DNA of 64,000 nucleotides from an uncultured Methanosarcinales archaeon (GTDB lineage Archaea; Nanobdellota; Nanobdellia; Woesearchaeales; GW2011-AR9): NCBI GenBank assembly GCA_964344755.1, contig CAYFOH010000002.1, positions 277 to 64,276 of the forward strand, read 5' to 3'. Shown piece by piece: positions 54,808 to 64,000 of this stretch (position 1 is its first letter; each line of letters starts with the position of its first letter). The notes under the pieces were generated by a model. It saw only the letters and a program-made list of their open reading frames with translations, ran no database searches and was not told where the DNA came from. The position numbers and the translations under genes were made by a program.

Positions 54808-55161
54808 ATGAAAATAATCGAAAGATTCCTACGTAAAGTTCCACCAAAGTATCTTTATCTTTCTTTAGTAGGAGAAGTAATAATAGCTTATAGTCTAGGT
54901 TCTTATAATAATTACCTTAAACCTTATATTAATTATCTTCTGTTATTAACAGCTCTCTCTCTTTTGTTATATTTTATCCTTAACTTAAAATTTTGGCACA
55001 TGAAAAAACAAGTGCACCATATGACAACTATTTATGGAGTTATTACCTCTCTAAAAATGTTCTTTATTATTGGTGTTTATTTCCCATTATTTAGCGCTTT
55101 TCTTTTAGTTTTTGGAATTGCTTTAGTCATTCCAGAAATTTATTACGTCCTCAAACCTTAA
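54808..55161 (+). CDS. small membrane protein (hypothetical)
   Basis: 117 aa with three hydrophobic helices. Confidence 0.35.
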   Translation: MKIIERFLRKVPPKYLYLSLVGEVIIAYSLGSYNNYLKPYINYLLLLTALSLLLYFILNLKFWHMKKQVHHMTTIYGVITSLKMFFIIGVYFPLFSAFLLVFGIALVIPEIYYVLKP

Positions 55162-55774
55162 TAGGAATCCCAATGTCAACAATGATTGATTTTTCTTTAA
55201 ATCTTTCTAATCCTTTTTTTAGATCATGAAGAGCTATTAGAAGGTCAAATTGGCAACTTAAATTTCCTTCACCTGTATCAGGATTTAAACCTGAAGGCAC
55301 ATCTATAGCTACTTTTATTCCTTTCATTTCATTAAAAAAATTAATGGCTGTCTGAATTGGCCCCTTAATTTCCCCTTTGATACCAGTTCCCAATAACGCA
55401 TCAATAAAAATAAAATCAAGATCTTTTTGGAACTTAAAAGTTTCTAAATCTTCTTTGTTAGAAATTTTAAGAATATTAATCTGGTCAGCTATCCTCTGGT
55501 AATTCTCTTTAGCTTCTTCCTTTAATCTATCTTCTTCCCCAAAAAATAGGACAATAACTGGACACTTCTTAGCAAAGTAACGTGCTGCTACAAAACCATC
55601 GCCCGCATTGTTACCAGTTCCAGCAAAAATAACAACCCTTTTGTTCTCCAAACCGAACTTTTCTTTTACTGTCAAATAGACTTCCCTTCCAGCATTTTCC
55701 ATTAGCTCAATGGGAAGAATTCCCTTGGAAGCTGCTAATCTTTCTAACTTTAACATTTGTTTAACAGTAAGCAT
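55151..55774 (-). CDS. nnrE: NAD(P)H-hydrate epimerase (YjeF N-terminal domain)
   Basis: VVIFAGTGNNAGDGFVAARYF is the YjeF_N signature. Confidence 0.75.
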   Translation of the reverse strand: MLTVKQMLKLERLAASKGILPIELMENAGREVYLTVKEKFGLENKRVVIFAGTGNNAGDGFVAARYFAKKCPVIVLFFGEEDRLKEEAKENYQRIADQINILKISNKEDLETFKFQKDLDFIFIDALLGTGIKGEIKGPIQTAINFFNEMKGIKVAIDVPSGLNPDTGEGNLSCQFDLLIALHDLKKGLERFKEKSIIVDIGIPIKV

Positions 55775-55821
55775 TAGATTAAATAAGTGAAAATCGTTTA
55801 TATAGATTTACATACTAGAAA

Positions 55822-56229
55822 TTAGATTAAATAAACTAAAATAGCCACCACAAAACCAATTAAAGCACCAATCAGAACTTGTAAAGGAGTATGGCCCATA
55901 GAAACATGTGCTTTTGTTTTCAATTTTATCTTTTTAAGGATTTTATTAATAATAATACCTTCTTCCCCAACTGTTCTTCTAACCCCAAAAGCGTCCCTAA
56001 TAACAATAAAAGTAAACACCAAGCTAATAGCAAAAGATGTCGAAGTACCTTCCAACAAATAAATAATTGTAGTTAAAGCTACAACAAAAGAAGAATGAGA
56101 AGAAGGCATGCCGCCAGTTACTACCAGGTCTCTAAAAGAGAGAGTTTTATGTTTAAACCACAAAAAGATCAGTTTGACTAGTTGGGCACCAAAACCGGCA
56201 AAAATAACTGCCAATAAAACTTTGTTCAT
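55822..56229 (-). CDS. divergent PAP2-family membrane protein (DUF212-like)
   Basis: GGMPSSHSS motif. The start is moved to MNKVLLAV at the complement of 56227..56229. Confidence 0.5.
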   Translation of the reverse strand: MNKVLLAVIFAGFGAQLVKLIFLWFKHKTLSFRDLVVTGGMPSSHSSFVVALTTIIYLLEGTSTSFAISLVFTFIVIRDAFGVRRTVGEEGIIINKILKKIKLKTKAHVSMGHTPLQVLIGALIGFVVAILVYLI

Positions 56230-56286
56230 GTTTAAGGTATAATCTAATGGTTTATAAATTGTATCTGTTCCCTTTAGTAACAACAA

Positions 56287-56979
56287 CTACTTTTTCAGCA
56301 AAATCACTTGCTTTCTGATTTTCAAATTGTGGGATAGAAAAATAATCTCAAAGTTGCCTTTTAGAAAATCTGAAGGTTTAAGTGCATTAACAACATTACT
56401 TACTCTCTCAATTAAATATTTGGGTTTCATCAAAGATTTTAACTTAGTCTGATAGCCAGCTTTGCGGTAAGCTTCATTAACTAGTTCAGTACAAAAGAAA
56501 CATTTGCTTCCTTTTTTAAAGTCATAGTCGTAAGGTTTACCGAACTGTTCTTTAGCATAATTGATGGCTTTCTTAATTATCTTTCTACGGCCACGAAAAG
56601 ATTTAGGAACTCTTAGAATAACTAAGGTGTCGTAGCCCTGAAAAACGTGATGCAAGGAACCATATTGAACGCCATCACCTAAAACATGAATACAGCGCTT
56701 TCTTCCTAAGTATAATGCAACATGTGTTAAAGGTTGTTTAAAAAGAAATTTAGAAGTTTCTTTTAAATTTCCTAGCAATAATATATCTCCCTTCCTTAGC
56801 AAAAGTCTTGCTTTAATAATGTCTCTCCGACTTAACAAATTTTTTCTTTTATGTAAGACAATCCCCGTCCAGAAATAAATAAAATTAGCGAAAAATTTCT
56901 TATACCAAGAGTACCCTTTAGGAAAATTTCTAATAACATGATATTTCTTAAATGGTTCAAATAAAAGATCTAATTTCAT
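56287..56979 (-). CDS. permuted papain-fold (NlpC/P60-LRAT-like, YiiX/DUF830-type) putative amidase
   Basis: The His (THVALYLG) precedes the C-terminal Cys in a CFFCTELV context. Confidence 0.4.
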   Translation of the reverse strand: MKLDLLFEPFKKYHVIRNFPKGYSWYKKFFANFIYFWTGIVLHKRKNLLSRRDIIKARLLLRKGDILLLGNLKETSKFLFKQPLTHVALYLGRKRCIHVLGDGVQYGSLHHVFQGYDTLVILRVPKSFRGRRKIIKKAINYAKEQFGKPYDYDFKKGSKCFFCTELVNEAYRKAGYQTKLKSLMKPKYLIERVSNVVNALKPSDFLKGNFEIIFLSHNLKIRKQVILLKK

Positions 56980-57767
56980 ATTACATCAAACTCAACATAA
57001 AGTGGCATATGGTCTGAAAAAGGATAATTCAACACTTCATATTTCTTTACTTTAATTTGTTCTGAGGTTAAAATATAATCCAACCTTCTTGTTGGATGCC
57101 AAGTCGGTTGCGTTAGCCCAATCGAGTACTTGTTTAATTTGGCTTTGTCTTTAAGGTGCGTATGCTTTAACAACTCTTTTATTTCAGAAATCCCATGAAA
57201 GGTATTAAAATCTCCCATTAAAATAGTAGGATTATTTATGTTGTTAACTATTTTAACCAACTCCTTTATCTGTTTTTTCCTCGTGTTTTCACCCAAAGCT
57301 AAATGGGCTAACAACAAGGTTACAGGCTTAGGGCAATTGACTGTAGCCTCTATTATCATTCTCTTTGTTCCTTCATGGAAAACATGATATTTTATCTTAC
57401 TTATCTTAAATTTAGACAGAATAGCGTTTGCCTGTCTGTTTAAAATAGGAACATAATGAAAAAGCTTTAACCAACCATGTAAAGGATACTTTATTTTTTC
57501 TACAAAGTTTTTAAAACCAAGCTTCTTTTCAAAAAAAACAACTTCGTCCTTGCCACGAGATCTAAGGGAACCAGTATCAACTTCTACTAAAGAAAGTATA
57601 TCTAAGTTTAAATTCTTTAAATGATCAACTATTCTTTGGTCCAACCCTTTAGGAGGAAAAAAGATTTTCCAGAATTTTAAGTATTGGTACCATAATCCTT
57701 CTATACCTTCACAGTATTCAATATTGTAACAAACTAATTTAACCATATCACGAATTAAAACAGACAA
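56976..57767 (-). CDS. endonuclease/exonuclease/phosphatase (EEP) family protein
   Basis: C-terminal SDHMPLYVEF carries the SDHxP motif. A GDFN block lies mid-protein. Confidence 0.65.
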   Translation of the reverse strand: MSVLIRDMVKLVCYNIEYCEGIEGLWYQYLKFWKIFFPPKGLDQRIVDHLKNLNLDILSLVEVDTGSLRSRGKDEVVFFEKKLGFKNFVEKIKYPLHGWLKLFHYVPILNRQANAILSKFKISKIKYHVFHEGTKRMIIEATVNCPKPVTLLLAHLALGENTRKKQIKELVKIVNNINNPTILMGDFNTFHGISEIKELLKHTHLKDKAKLNKYSIGLTQPTWHPTRRLDYILTSEQIKVKKYEVLNYPFSDHMPLYVEFDVI

Positions 57768-57800
57768 GGTATAAAATAGTTGTTAATTACTTTAAGGGAA

Positions 57801-59030
57801 TTACTTTTTAAGAAGACCGTAACCAATCAACCTAAATCTGTCGCCAACTCTTCTAGAAAGTGTTATTCTATCACCAACTTTAGCACAAACTGGCTTTTTT
57901 AAAGCACAAACAGTATTCTTTTTAGATGGATCTACAACAACACCAACAGTTGCAGCAGAATTCACGTTTAACATTAAGATTTCGTTCTTAGCTAAAGGTT
58001 TAACTTCTGTTTCTTCTTTAGTTCCTACAACTCTTTCTAACAAATAAGTGTCTAATTTTAATTGGTTATGTAAAGGAGGTAATGTTCCCGGTTTCCCTAC
58101 CAAAGAGCCAGTAAGAGTATCAGATTTAACAACGGTTGGATCTAAAGTAGTAGCAATAGCCATACTTCCTCCAGGAAGAACTTCATCAACCGGTTGATTT
58201 CCAGAGAATATTTTTGTTATTTTTGTTAATAATGGTCTCCATATTTTTTTGTTTCTCTCTTCAACCATATAACCAGGAACTATTTCAATCTTATCTCCAA
58301 CTTTAAACTTTCCCTGTTTTAAGGTTCCTCCTAAAACACCCCCCACTAAATCTTTTGATTTAATACCCGGTTTGTTAATATCAAAAGACCGAGCAACCAG
58401 CATTAAGGGATCTTGTTTAGGATCTTTCTTAAGGGTTGGAAGATATTCTTGAATTGCTTCAACTAAAACATCAATATTAACATTACTTCTAGCTGAAATA
58501 GGAATTATCGGAGCGTCTTTGTAATCAGTATCAGCCAAAAAATCTTTGATCTGTTGGTGATTTTTTAGTGCTTCCTCTTTACTAACTAAATCAATTTTAT
58601 TCTGGACAATAATAACATTTTTTATCCCTGATATCTGTAAAGCTAAAATATGTTCTTTAGTTTGTGGTTGTGGACATTTTTCATTAGCAGCTACTAACAA
58701 TAAGGCAACATCAACAATAGCAGCTCCACTTAACATGGTAGCCATCAAAGATTCGTGGCCTGGAGCGTCAACTAAAGAAATTTTTCTGATTAATTCAGTA
58801 GACCCATTACATTTAATACATTTGTCTTTAGTAGTGTAATAATTACATTTTTTACATTTATGAACACTGAAATCCGCATAACCTAATCTAATAGTAATCC
58901 CTTTCTTTAACTCTTCAGAATGAGTATCTGTCCATTTTCCACTTAAGCGTTCAGTCAAAGTGGTTTTACCATGATCTACATGACCAACTAAAGCAATATT
59001 TAGTTCAGGTTGTTGTATTTTTTCCTCCAT
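57801..59030 (-). CDS. eif2g: translation initiation factor aIF2 gamma subunit
   Basis: GHVDHGKTTL G1 motif, a zinc-ribbon insertion (CKKCNYYTT...CIKC), DAPGH and NKID motifs. Length 409 aa. Confidence 0.9.
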   Translation of the reverse strand: MEEKIQQPELNIALVGHVDHGKTTLTERLSGKWTDTHSEELKKGITIRLGYADFSVHKCKKCNYYTTKDKCIKCNGSTELIRKISLVDAPGHESLMATMLSGAAIVDVALLLVAANEKCPQPQTKEHILALQISGIKNVIIVQNKIDLVSKEEALKNHQQIKDFLADTDYKDAPIIPISARSNVNIDVLVEAIQEYLPTLKKDPKQDPLMLVARSFDINKPGIKSKDLVGGVLGGTLKQGKFKVGDKIEIVPGYMVEERNKKIWRPLLTKITKIFSGNQPVDEVLPGGSMAIATTLDPTVVKSDTLTGSLVGKPGTLPPLHNQLKLDTYLLERVVGTKEETEVKPLAKNEILMLNVNSAATVGVVVDPSKKNTVCALKKPVCAKVGDRITLSRRVGDRFRLIGYGLLKK

Positions 59031-59083
59031 AACTATGGCAAAAACCGTCTTCTTTATAAAAGTTTAGTGACCTTTCCTCTAAA

Positions 59084-59872
59084 ATGAGTTATCCTATTGA
59101 GATTAGGTGGCACGGCCAACCACGGCAAAGAAGGTTATATGAACTTCAAGCAGGGGAACCATTTAAAAAACCAATTATTGATTTCTTAAAAATTCTATAT
59201 GAAAAGGGCAATATCTCCTTTGATGAAGAATCTGTCATGAAAGCAATCACTACAAACCAACAATTACAAGAAGGATACCTTAAAATAAGAGACGTCCTTT
59301 TAGAGAACCCTAACTTGGCTAAACTTCCAAAATCAGTTCTGGTAAGACATATTAGAAGAGATGTAAATGTTTATGGGAGAGACATAGAGGAACTAATGGT
59401 GGAAGAAGAAAAAAATTATTTGAAAGGAGAAGGGTGTGAATATGTTGATATCGATTCCTTAAATAGATGTGTTCTTAGAGAATTGCAGGAATATTCTTCT
59501 TTAGCCGAACTGTTAAAAGATGCTAGTTTAAGTTACCTAGGAAATTTTGCTGTTTATTTAACAGCAAGAGATAGAAAAATAGAATTTAAAGAAATAGTAG
59601 AAAGTCCAGATATTAGATCTGTTAATCTAGGTGATGTTATTAAAGACGAATGGGACTTTTTTACCTCAAGAGAGATCTTACTACTTGAAAAATTTACGGT
59701 TCTAGTTAAAGGAACTGACATTCTAATTGCACCTTCTAAAGATAAAAAAAAGTTTGTTAGAATATCTAAAGACGGGTCTGAAGAAGAAACAGGAACGATT
59801 GAATACTATTTAAGATGTCTTCATAAAGAAACAAAAAAAATATTTAAAGAAAAAAAAATCATTTCTTCTTAG
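59084..59872 (+). CDS. hypothetical protein
   Basis: 262-aa ORF with no recognised motif. Confidence 0.35.
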   Translation: MSYPIEIRWHGQPRQRRLYELQAGEPFKKPIIDFLKILYEKGNISFDEESVMKAITTNQQLQEGYLKIRDVLLENPNLAKLPKSVLVRHIRRDVNVYGRDIEELMVEEEKNYLKGEGCEYVDIDSLNRCVLRELQEYSSLAELLKDASLSYLGNFAVYLTARDRKIEFKEIVESPDIRSVNLGDVIKDEWDFFTSREILLLEKFTVLVKGTDILIAPSKDKKKFVRISKDGSEEETGTIEYYLRCLHKETKKIFKEKKIISS

Positions 59873-60170
59873 TCGTCTTACGTTTGCTTGGTTTCTTTTT
59901 AGTTGCTTTTTTCTTGGCTGGTTTCTTTACAGCAGCCTTAACTCTCTTACTTTTAGCTAAAGCTTTGTGAAAGTATTTGTGAGCTGCCTTAACAACATCT
60001 TTGCTAGCTTTTTCTGAGCTTTTTACAAGTTCTTCGGCTAATTTAAGACTTTCCTTTTCATTTAAATTCAAGTCTTTTTTGACTTTAGTTACGACTTTTT
60101 TCGCCTTAGCTAAACTTAGTAACCCCAACCCGTAACCTGTTTGTAAAGCTTTCTTCATGACTTTATCCAT
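59859..60170 (-). CDS. Lys-rich basic protein (histone H1-like tail)
   Basis: 103 aa. The C-terminal 30 aa are nearly all K/A/T/P. Confidence 0.4.
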   Translation of the reverse strand: MDKVMKKALQTGYGLGLLSLAKAKKVVTKVKKDLNLNEKESLKLAEELVKSSEKASKDVVKAAHKYFHKALAKSKRVKAAVKKPAKKKATKKKPSKRKTTKKK

Positions 60171-61850
60171 TTAATCACCTCTAAAAGTTATTTTTCTAGT
60201 TAAGAAAAGCAAGTATATAAACGTAATTATAGTTACAGCTAAAATTACAGAACTAAAGGAGAAACCAAGAAATATATTTTTGCTTTCTAAATAAAGTAAA
60301 ACTAACAAGAAAAAGAACAAAACAATAATACCATATAGTAAATTTTTTCGATGATTGACTTCTTCGATTTTTTCTTCCAATTCGTGAAAATGTTTCTCAA
60401 AGTGATCCTGTTGAACAGGTTCTTGTTCTAGTCTTTTGATTATTTTAACTAAATGTTCTGGAAATTCTAACAAGAGATCACGATTTTTGATAACTGTATT
60501 TTTAAAATCCTGCATTAGTTTTAAGGGATTAAGGCTTCTCTTAAGATAAAGATCTCGGAACTTTTCCAGCCCTTCAGAGACCTTAAAATCAGGGTCTAAC
60601 TCTAATCCTGCTCCCTCACCTTGATAAATTGCTTTAGCAGTTAAAACATGATTAGCATTAAAAATAATACCGTTCCTAGCCCCAACGCCAATCACTTGGT
60701 AAAGAGCTCGCCCAATACTTTTTTTGCCAATACTATTGTGATAAACTTCACTTAAGATAGGCAAGGTTTCAGCTTTGAAATTCTCAATGTTAGCTTCACT
60801 TTTGTCTTTAGCTAAAGAAAGAATGATGTCCAGGCTCTTGTCAGCATCTTTATCTGGAATAGACAAAATAAATTTAATAATTTTTCTTCTTTCAGATACA
60901 GACAATTCTCCCATAATCCCGAAATCAAGATAAATTAATTTTCCTTTTTTATTCACGAATAAATTGGCAGGGTGGGGATCACCGTGAAAAAAACCATAAA
61001 TTAAAGCTTGTTCCAGGATGGCCAAGAAAGAGTCCATAGCAATTTTCTTACAACTTAACTTTTGTTTTTTGATAGTAGCAATGTCGTCCAGTTTTATCCC
61101 TTCAACAAAATCAAGAGTTAGTACTCTTTTTGAAGAAAAATTATTATAAACGTTAGGAACAATCACTCGGGGGTTGTTAGACATAGCTTCCTTAAGTCGA
61201 AGAGCGTTCATTGCTTCAATTTTAAAATCTAATTCTTTCCTAGTCCACAAAGCAAATTCTTTAACTACTTCAGAAGGTTGATACTTTCTAGTCCGGGGGA
61301 AATGTTTCTCTAAAGAGCGTGCCACAAAAAAAAGAATGTCAATGTCCGTGTCTAGGACATCTTTAACTTTTGGTCTTTGGACTTTTACAGCTACAGTTTT
61401 GCCAGATTTTAAAACAGCTTTATGAACTTGAGCAATAGAAGCTGAGGCTAAAGGTTTCCTCTCAAATTTTTTAAAAAGTTCATTTAAGGGTTTGTTTAAT
61501 TCGCCTTCAATAATTTTTTTGGCTCGACTGAAAGAAAAAGGAGGTACTTCGTCTTGCAATTTAGAAAATTCATCAGCAAATTCTTTAGGAACTAAGTCCG
61601 GCCTTAAAGAAAGTAGTTGTCCCAATTTAATAAAAGTTGGACCAAGTCTTTCAAAGGCTATCCTTAAAGATCTAGCTTGTCGTTTTTTGGTAGCTATTGG
61701 TAAAGGGATAGTCAATCTTTTTTTTAGAGGTAAATGTTCTTTTAGACTTGTTCTTTTAACATAATAACCCCAACCTTCCTCTACAAGAATCTCAAGAATT
61801 TTTTCCAAACGCTTTAAGTCCCTAATATCCTTACCAATATTCCACACCAT
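60171..61850 (-). CDS. ubiB: UbiB/ABC1 (ADCK) atypical kinase with C-terminal TM anchor
   Basis: ASASIAQVHKA and HGDPHPANL motifs. Two C-terminal TM helices. Confidence 0.8.
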   Translation of the reverse strand: MVWNIGKDIRDLKRLEKILEILVEEGWGYYVKRTSLKEHLPLKKRLTIPLPIATKKRQARSLRIAFERLGPTFIKLGQLLSLRPDLVPKEFADEFSKLQDEVPPFSFSRAKKIIEGELNKPLNELFKKFERKPLASASIAQVHKAVLKSGKTVAVKVQRPKVKDVLDTDIDILFFVARSLEKHFPRTRKYQPSEVVKEFALWTRKELDFKIEAMNALRLKEAMSNNPRVIVPNVYNNFSSKRVLTLDFVEGIKLDDIATIKKQKLSCKKIAMDSFLAILEQALIYGFFHGDPHPANLFVNKKGKLIYLDFGIMGELSVSERRKIIKFILSIPDKDADKSLDIILSLAKDKSEANIENFKAETLPILSEVYHNSIGKKSIGRALYQVIGVGARNGIIFNANHVLTAKAIYQGEGAGLELDPDFKVSEGLEKFRDLYLKRSLNPLKLMQDFKNTVIKNRDLLLEFPEHLVKIIKRLEQEPVQQDHFEKHFHELEEKIEEVNHRKNLLYGIIVLFFFLLVLLYLESKNIFLGFSFSSVILAVTIITFIYLLFLTRKITFRGD

Positions 61851-61910
61851 CTTTTAAGAATAGTAAGAAAGCTAGGTATATAAGGGTTTTTGTGGGGCCT
61901 TGAAAAAAAA

Positions 61911-62549
61911 CTAAGACAAACCCAACCTTCTTACTTTACGATGTAAAGTCTCTGCCCTAATACCTATTTTATGTGCTGTTTTACTAATACTTCCTTTATT
62001 CTCTTTAAGAGCGTTTAATAAAAACTGTTTTTCAAACTCTCTTTCGGCTTCCTTCCAAGTTAAATGTTGGTGGGGTAAAAATTTAGCAATATTCTTAGAT
62101 AACCTAGGGATCTCTTGATAAACACCTTCCATTTTTTGAGGTTGGATTAAACCTTTATACTCGTCTAAAGTAGATCTGATTGTTTGATCTACAAAATCTT
62201 CTTGGGGATTTTTCACATTTATTCTTCTAAGTTCTTCGATGTCAATCTCTAAACTTTTAATTACTCTATGAACACTGCGACGATCTAAACCTAAAAACTT
62301 CGCTAACTGAGAAATGTTGCCATGGTGCTGCCAGATCTCTTTTTTAAAAAACTGTCTTTTAAATATTTTCTTGGCATCCTTGAAGGGCAAATCTAAAGGC
62401 AAATAAATATCTAATTTAGAACTTTTTAACTTGTCTGTTATATCATTTTCCAACTGAGGAATCTTTATTCCCCAATGTTTTTCCATCATTCCCTCTAGTA
62501 AAGGAGAAACTTTCTCTTTAATCGTCTCTTCTAAATCTTTCTTAAGCAT
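61911..62549 (-). CDS. putative regulator with two Fis-type HTH (HTH_8) motifs
   Basis: GNISQLAKFLGLDRRSVHRVIKSL and GSISKTAHKIGIRAETLHRKVRRL. Confidence 0.4.
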   Translation of the reverse strand: MLKKDLEETIKEKVSPLLEGMMEKHWGIKIPQLENDITDKLKSSKLDIYLPLDLPFKDAKKIFKRQFFKKEIWQHHGNISQLAKFLGLDRRSVHRVIKSLEIDIEELRRINVKNPQEDFVDQTIRSTLDEYKGLIQPQKMEGVYQEIPRLSKNIAKFLPHQHLTWKEAEREFEKQFLLNALKENKGSISKTAHKIGIRAETLHRKVRRLGLS

Positions 62550-62907
62550 TCTTTAAACCCCTTAACAAACTGCCAGTGGGTAAACCGTAAAGAAAAACTA
62601 AAGAAACAAACAACAAATTTCTACCTAAAACCAAAAAAGTCAAAAGAAAAATAGCATAAAAGGCAATTTCCCAATAACGAGATTTAAATTTTTGTTGTAA
62701 GAAGACAAAGCTGAGGGTTAAGAAAACAAAAATTAGAGAGAACAAAAGGTTTTGGAGATAAAAGATAGCACAAACAGTGATAGATAAAAGTAAAAAGTAT
62801 CTAAAAAAGGACAACTGTTTTTTACCAGCCATAACTTCTTCTGGGGTAATAAAAGATAAAATATAACCCGCTATTAATCCTAACAAAGATACTAAGAAAA
62901 GAATCAC
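62542..62907 (-). CDS. small membrane protein (hypothetical)
   Basis: 121 aa with four hydrophobic segments. Overlaps both neighbours. Confidence 0.35.
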   Translation of the reverse strand: MILFLVSLLGLIAGYILSFITPEEVMAGKKQLSFFRYFLLLSITVCAIFYLQNLLFSLIFVFLTLSFVFLQQKFKSRYWEIAFYAIFLLTFLVLGRNLLFVSLVFLYGLPTGSLLRGLKNA

Positions 62908-63932
62908 TTGAGTTCCTCTTTAAAATTCTTTAAGAAAGTTTCCCAATCCTCCTCGTTGATCACAGCACCACAAGCTTGAGGATGGCCACCCCCATAACCG
63001 TCAATACCTTGTAAAGCTCTAGCTAGGGCTTCGTTAATTGTTTTTTTAGCTCTTAGACTGCACTTCATTTTCCCTGACTTTTTTCTAGCGATTATGACCA
63101 CTTTTTTTGGATATAAATTAACCAACTCATTAGCCAAATCAGCAGTAAAGGACCATCTTTGTTCTGTATACATAAAAAGAAGTAAAGGTGATCTGGTAAC
63201 TTTTTTCTTAGCTTCTTTTAAAATATCTTCATAAAGAGCATTTATTTTGACAAACCTTTTGTAAAGAAACTTCCCAGGAGAAGTTGTTTGTTTAAAAACT
63301 TCGTCCGGATGTTTAATCCTAGAAAGAATTTTAATTGATTTTTTAATCTCAGAATTTGGCCCTTTAAGCATGAAAGAAAAAAGTTTAACCAATTTACCAG
63401 CAGGATTCTTGTAAACAGCTTTCTCTAAAGACTGATTTTTTTTAAGATAATCAGGATAATTTTTTGAAAACTTTTCTATAAAGTCAGGTAAATGCCAATC
63501 AGCTAAACAACCAGCAACAGCAATCCACAAGTCTTCTTCATTTTGACTTATTTGCCAAGCCATATAAGTTGTTGGTAGGTAAGCTTCCTCATTTTTTATT
63601 CTTGGGTTATAATAATTCACTCCTTTAAGTCTCTGGGGTTCATGATGATCTAACCAAAAAATAGGCAAATTGACAGCTTCCACAAATTCTTGCGTTATGG
63701 ATGGAATATCTAAGATAAAAATTTTATCAGGATTCAGTTCTTTAACTTTACGAATAGATCTCTCATCTAACCTTGGAGATGCCTTAAGAATAATACCCTT
63801 CCCTTCCCTATTTATCTTATATAACAAAATAAAAGAAGCCAGGCCATCTGGATCGCCATCATAAAAGAATAGGGGATTTTTAGCTGTCAGGAGTTCTTCT
63901 CTTAGGAAAGCTACTTGTTTTTTTGTTAACAT
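62904..63932 (-). CDS. nrnA: DHH-DHHA1 phosphoesterase (NrnA-like nanoRNase / pAp phosphatase)
   Basis: DHH motif WLDHHEP and DHHA1 motif GGGHPQACGAVI. Confidence 0.75.
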   Translation of the reverse strand: MLTKKQVAFLREELLTAKNPLFFYDGDPDGLASFILLYKINREGKGIILKASPRLDERSIRKVKELNPDKIFILDIPSITQEFVEAVNLPIFWLDHHEPQRLKGVNYYNPRIKNEEAYLPTTYMAWQISQNEEDLWIAVAGCLADWHLPDFIEKFSKNYPDYLKKNQSLEKAVYKNPAGKLVKLFSFMLKGPNSEIKKSIKILSRIKHPDEVFKQTTSPGKFLYKRFVKINALYEDILKEAKKKVTRSPLLLFMYTEQRWSFTADLANELVNLYPKKVVIIARKKSGKMKCSLRAKKTINEALARALQGIDGYGGGHPQACGAVINEEDWETFLKNFKEELK

Positions 63933-64000
63933 TGATTGAAAGGAAAAGTTTGCTAGTCTTTTAAAGCTTGTGGGAACTTAAAACAATTTTGGGAAAAGGA

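Overview
The window is a low-GC (about 33%) archaeal chromosome segment, most likely from a DPANN-type lineage. The archaeal call rests on these genes: aIF2-gamma, Orc1/Cdc6, a family-B DNA polymerase, a split transketolase, Bud32, Dus, CDP-archaeol synthase, and an intron-containing tRNA. Many bacterial-type genes sit among them: NrdR, a ClpX-like ATPase, RNase HIII, RsuA, VKOR and thymidine kinase. TGA, TAA and TAG all act as stop codons.

Coding density is high. One block handles dNTP and cobalamin metabolism: nrdR, two class II RNRs, a PduO-type adenosyltransferase, tdk, then rad50. Another handles lipid synthesis: a CDP-alcohol phosphatidyltransferase and CarS. There are three tRNA genes, one of which carries two predicted introns.

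The more unusual content is as follows. A MITE-like palindromic repeat of about 125 bp occurs in four intergenic copies. A four-gene operon of unknown function sits downstream of tRNA-Glu and includes tandem paralogs and a SLOG-domain protein. A large protein with a caspase-like C-terminus lies divergent to a ClpX-like unfoldase that has a novel N-terminal domain. An accessory islet is flanked by inverted repeats and carries an MNT/HEPN pair. A Lys-rich protein is encoded by near-perfect 54-bp tandem repeats. An amino-acid-permease/methyltransferase fusion is present. A Rad50 gene lacks an adjacent Mre11 and is followed by an unknown gene. Two secreted proteins share a new C-terminal domain.

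No CRISPR array or rRNA was seen. All functional calls come from motif recognition by eye in the supplied translations. No database search was run.
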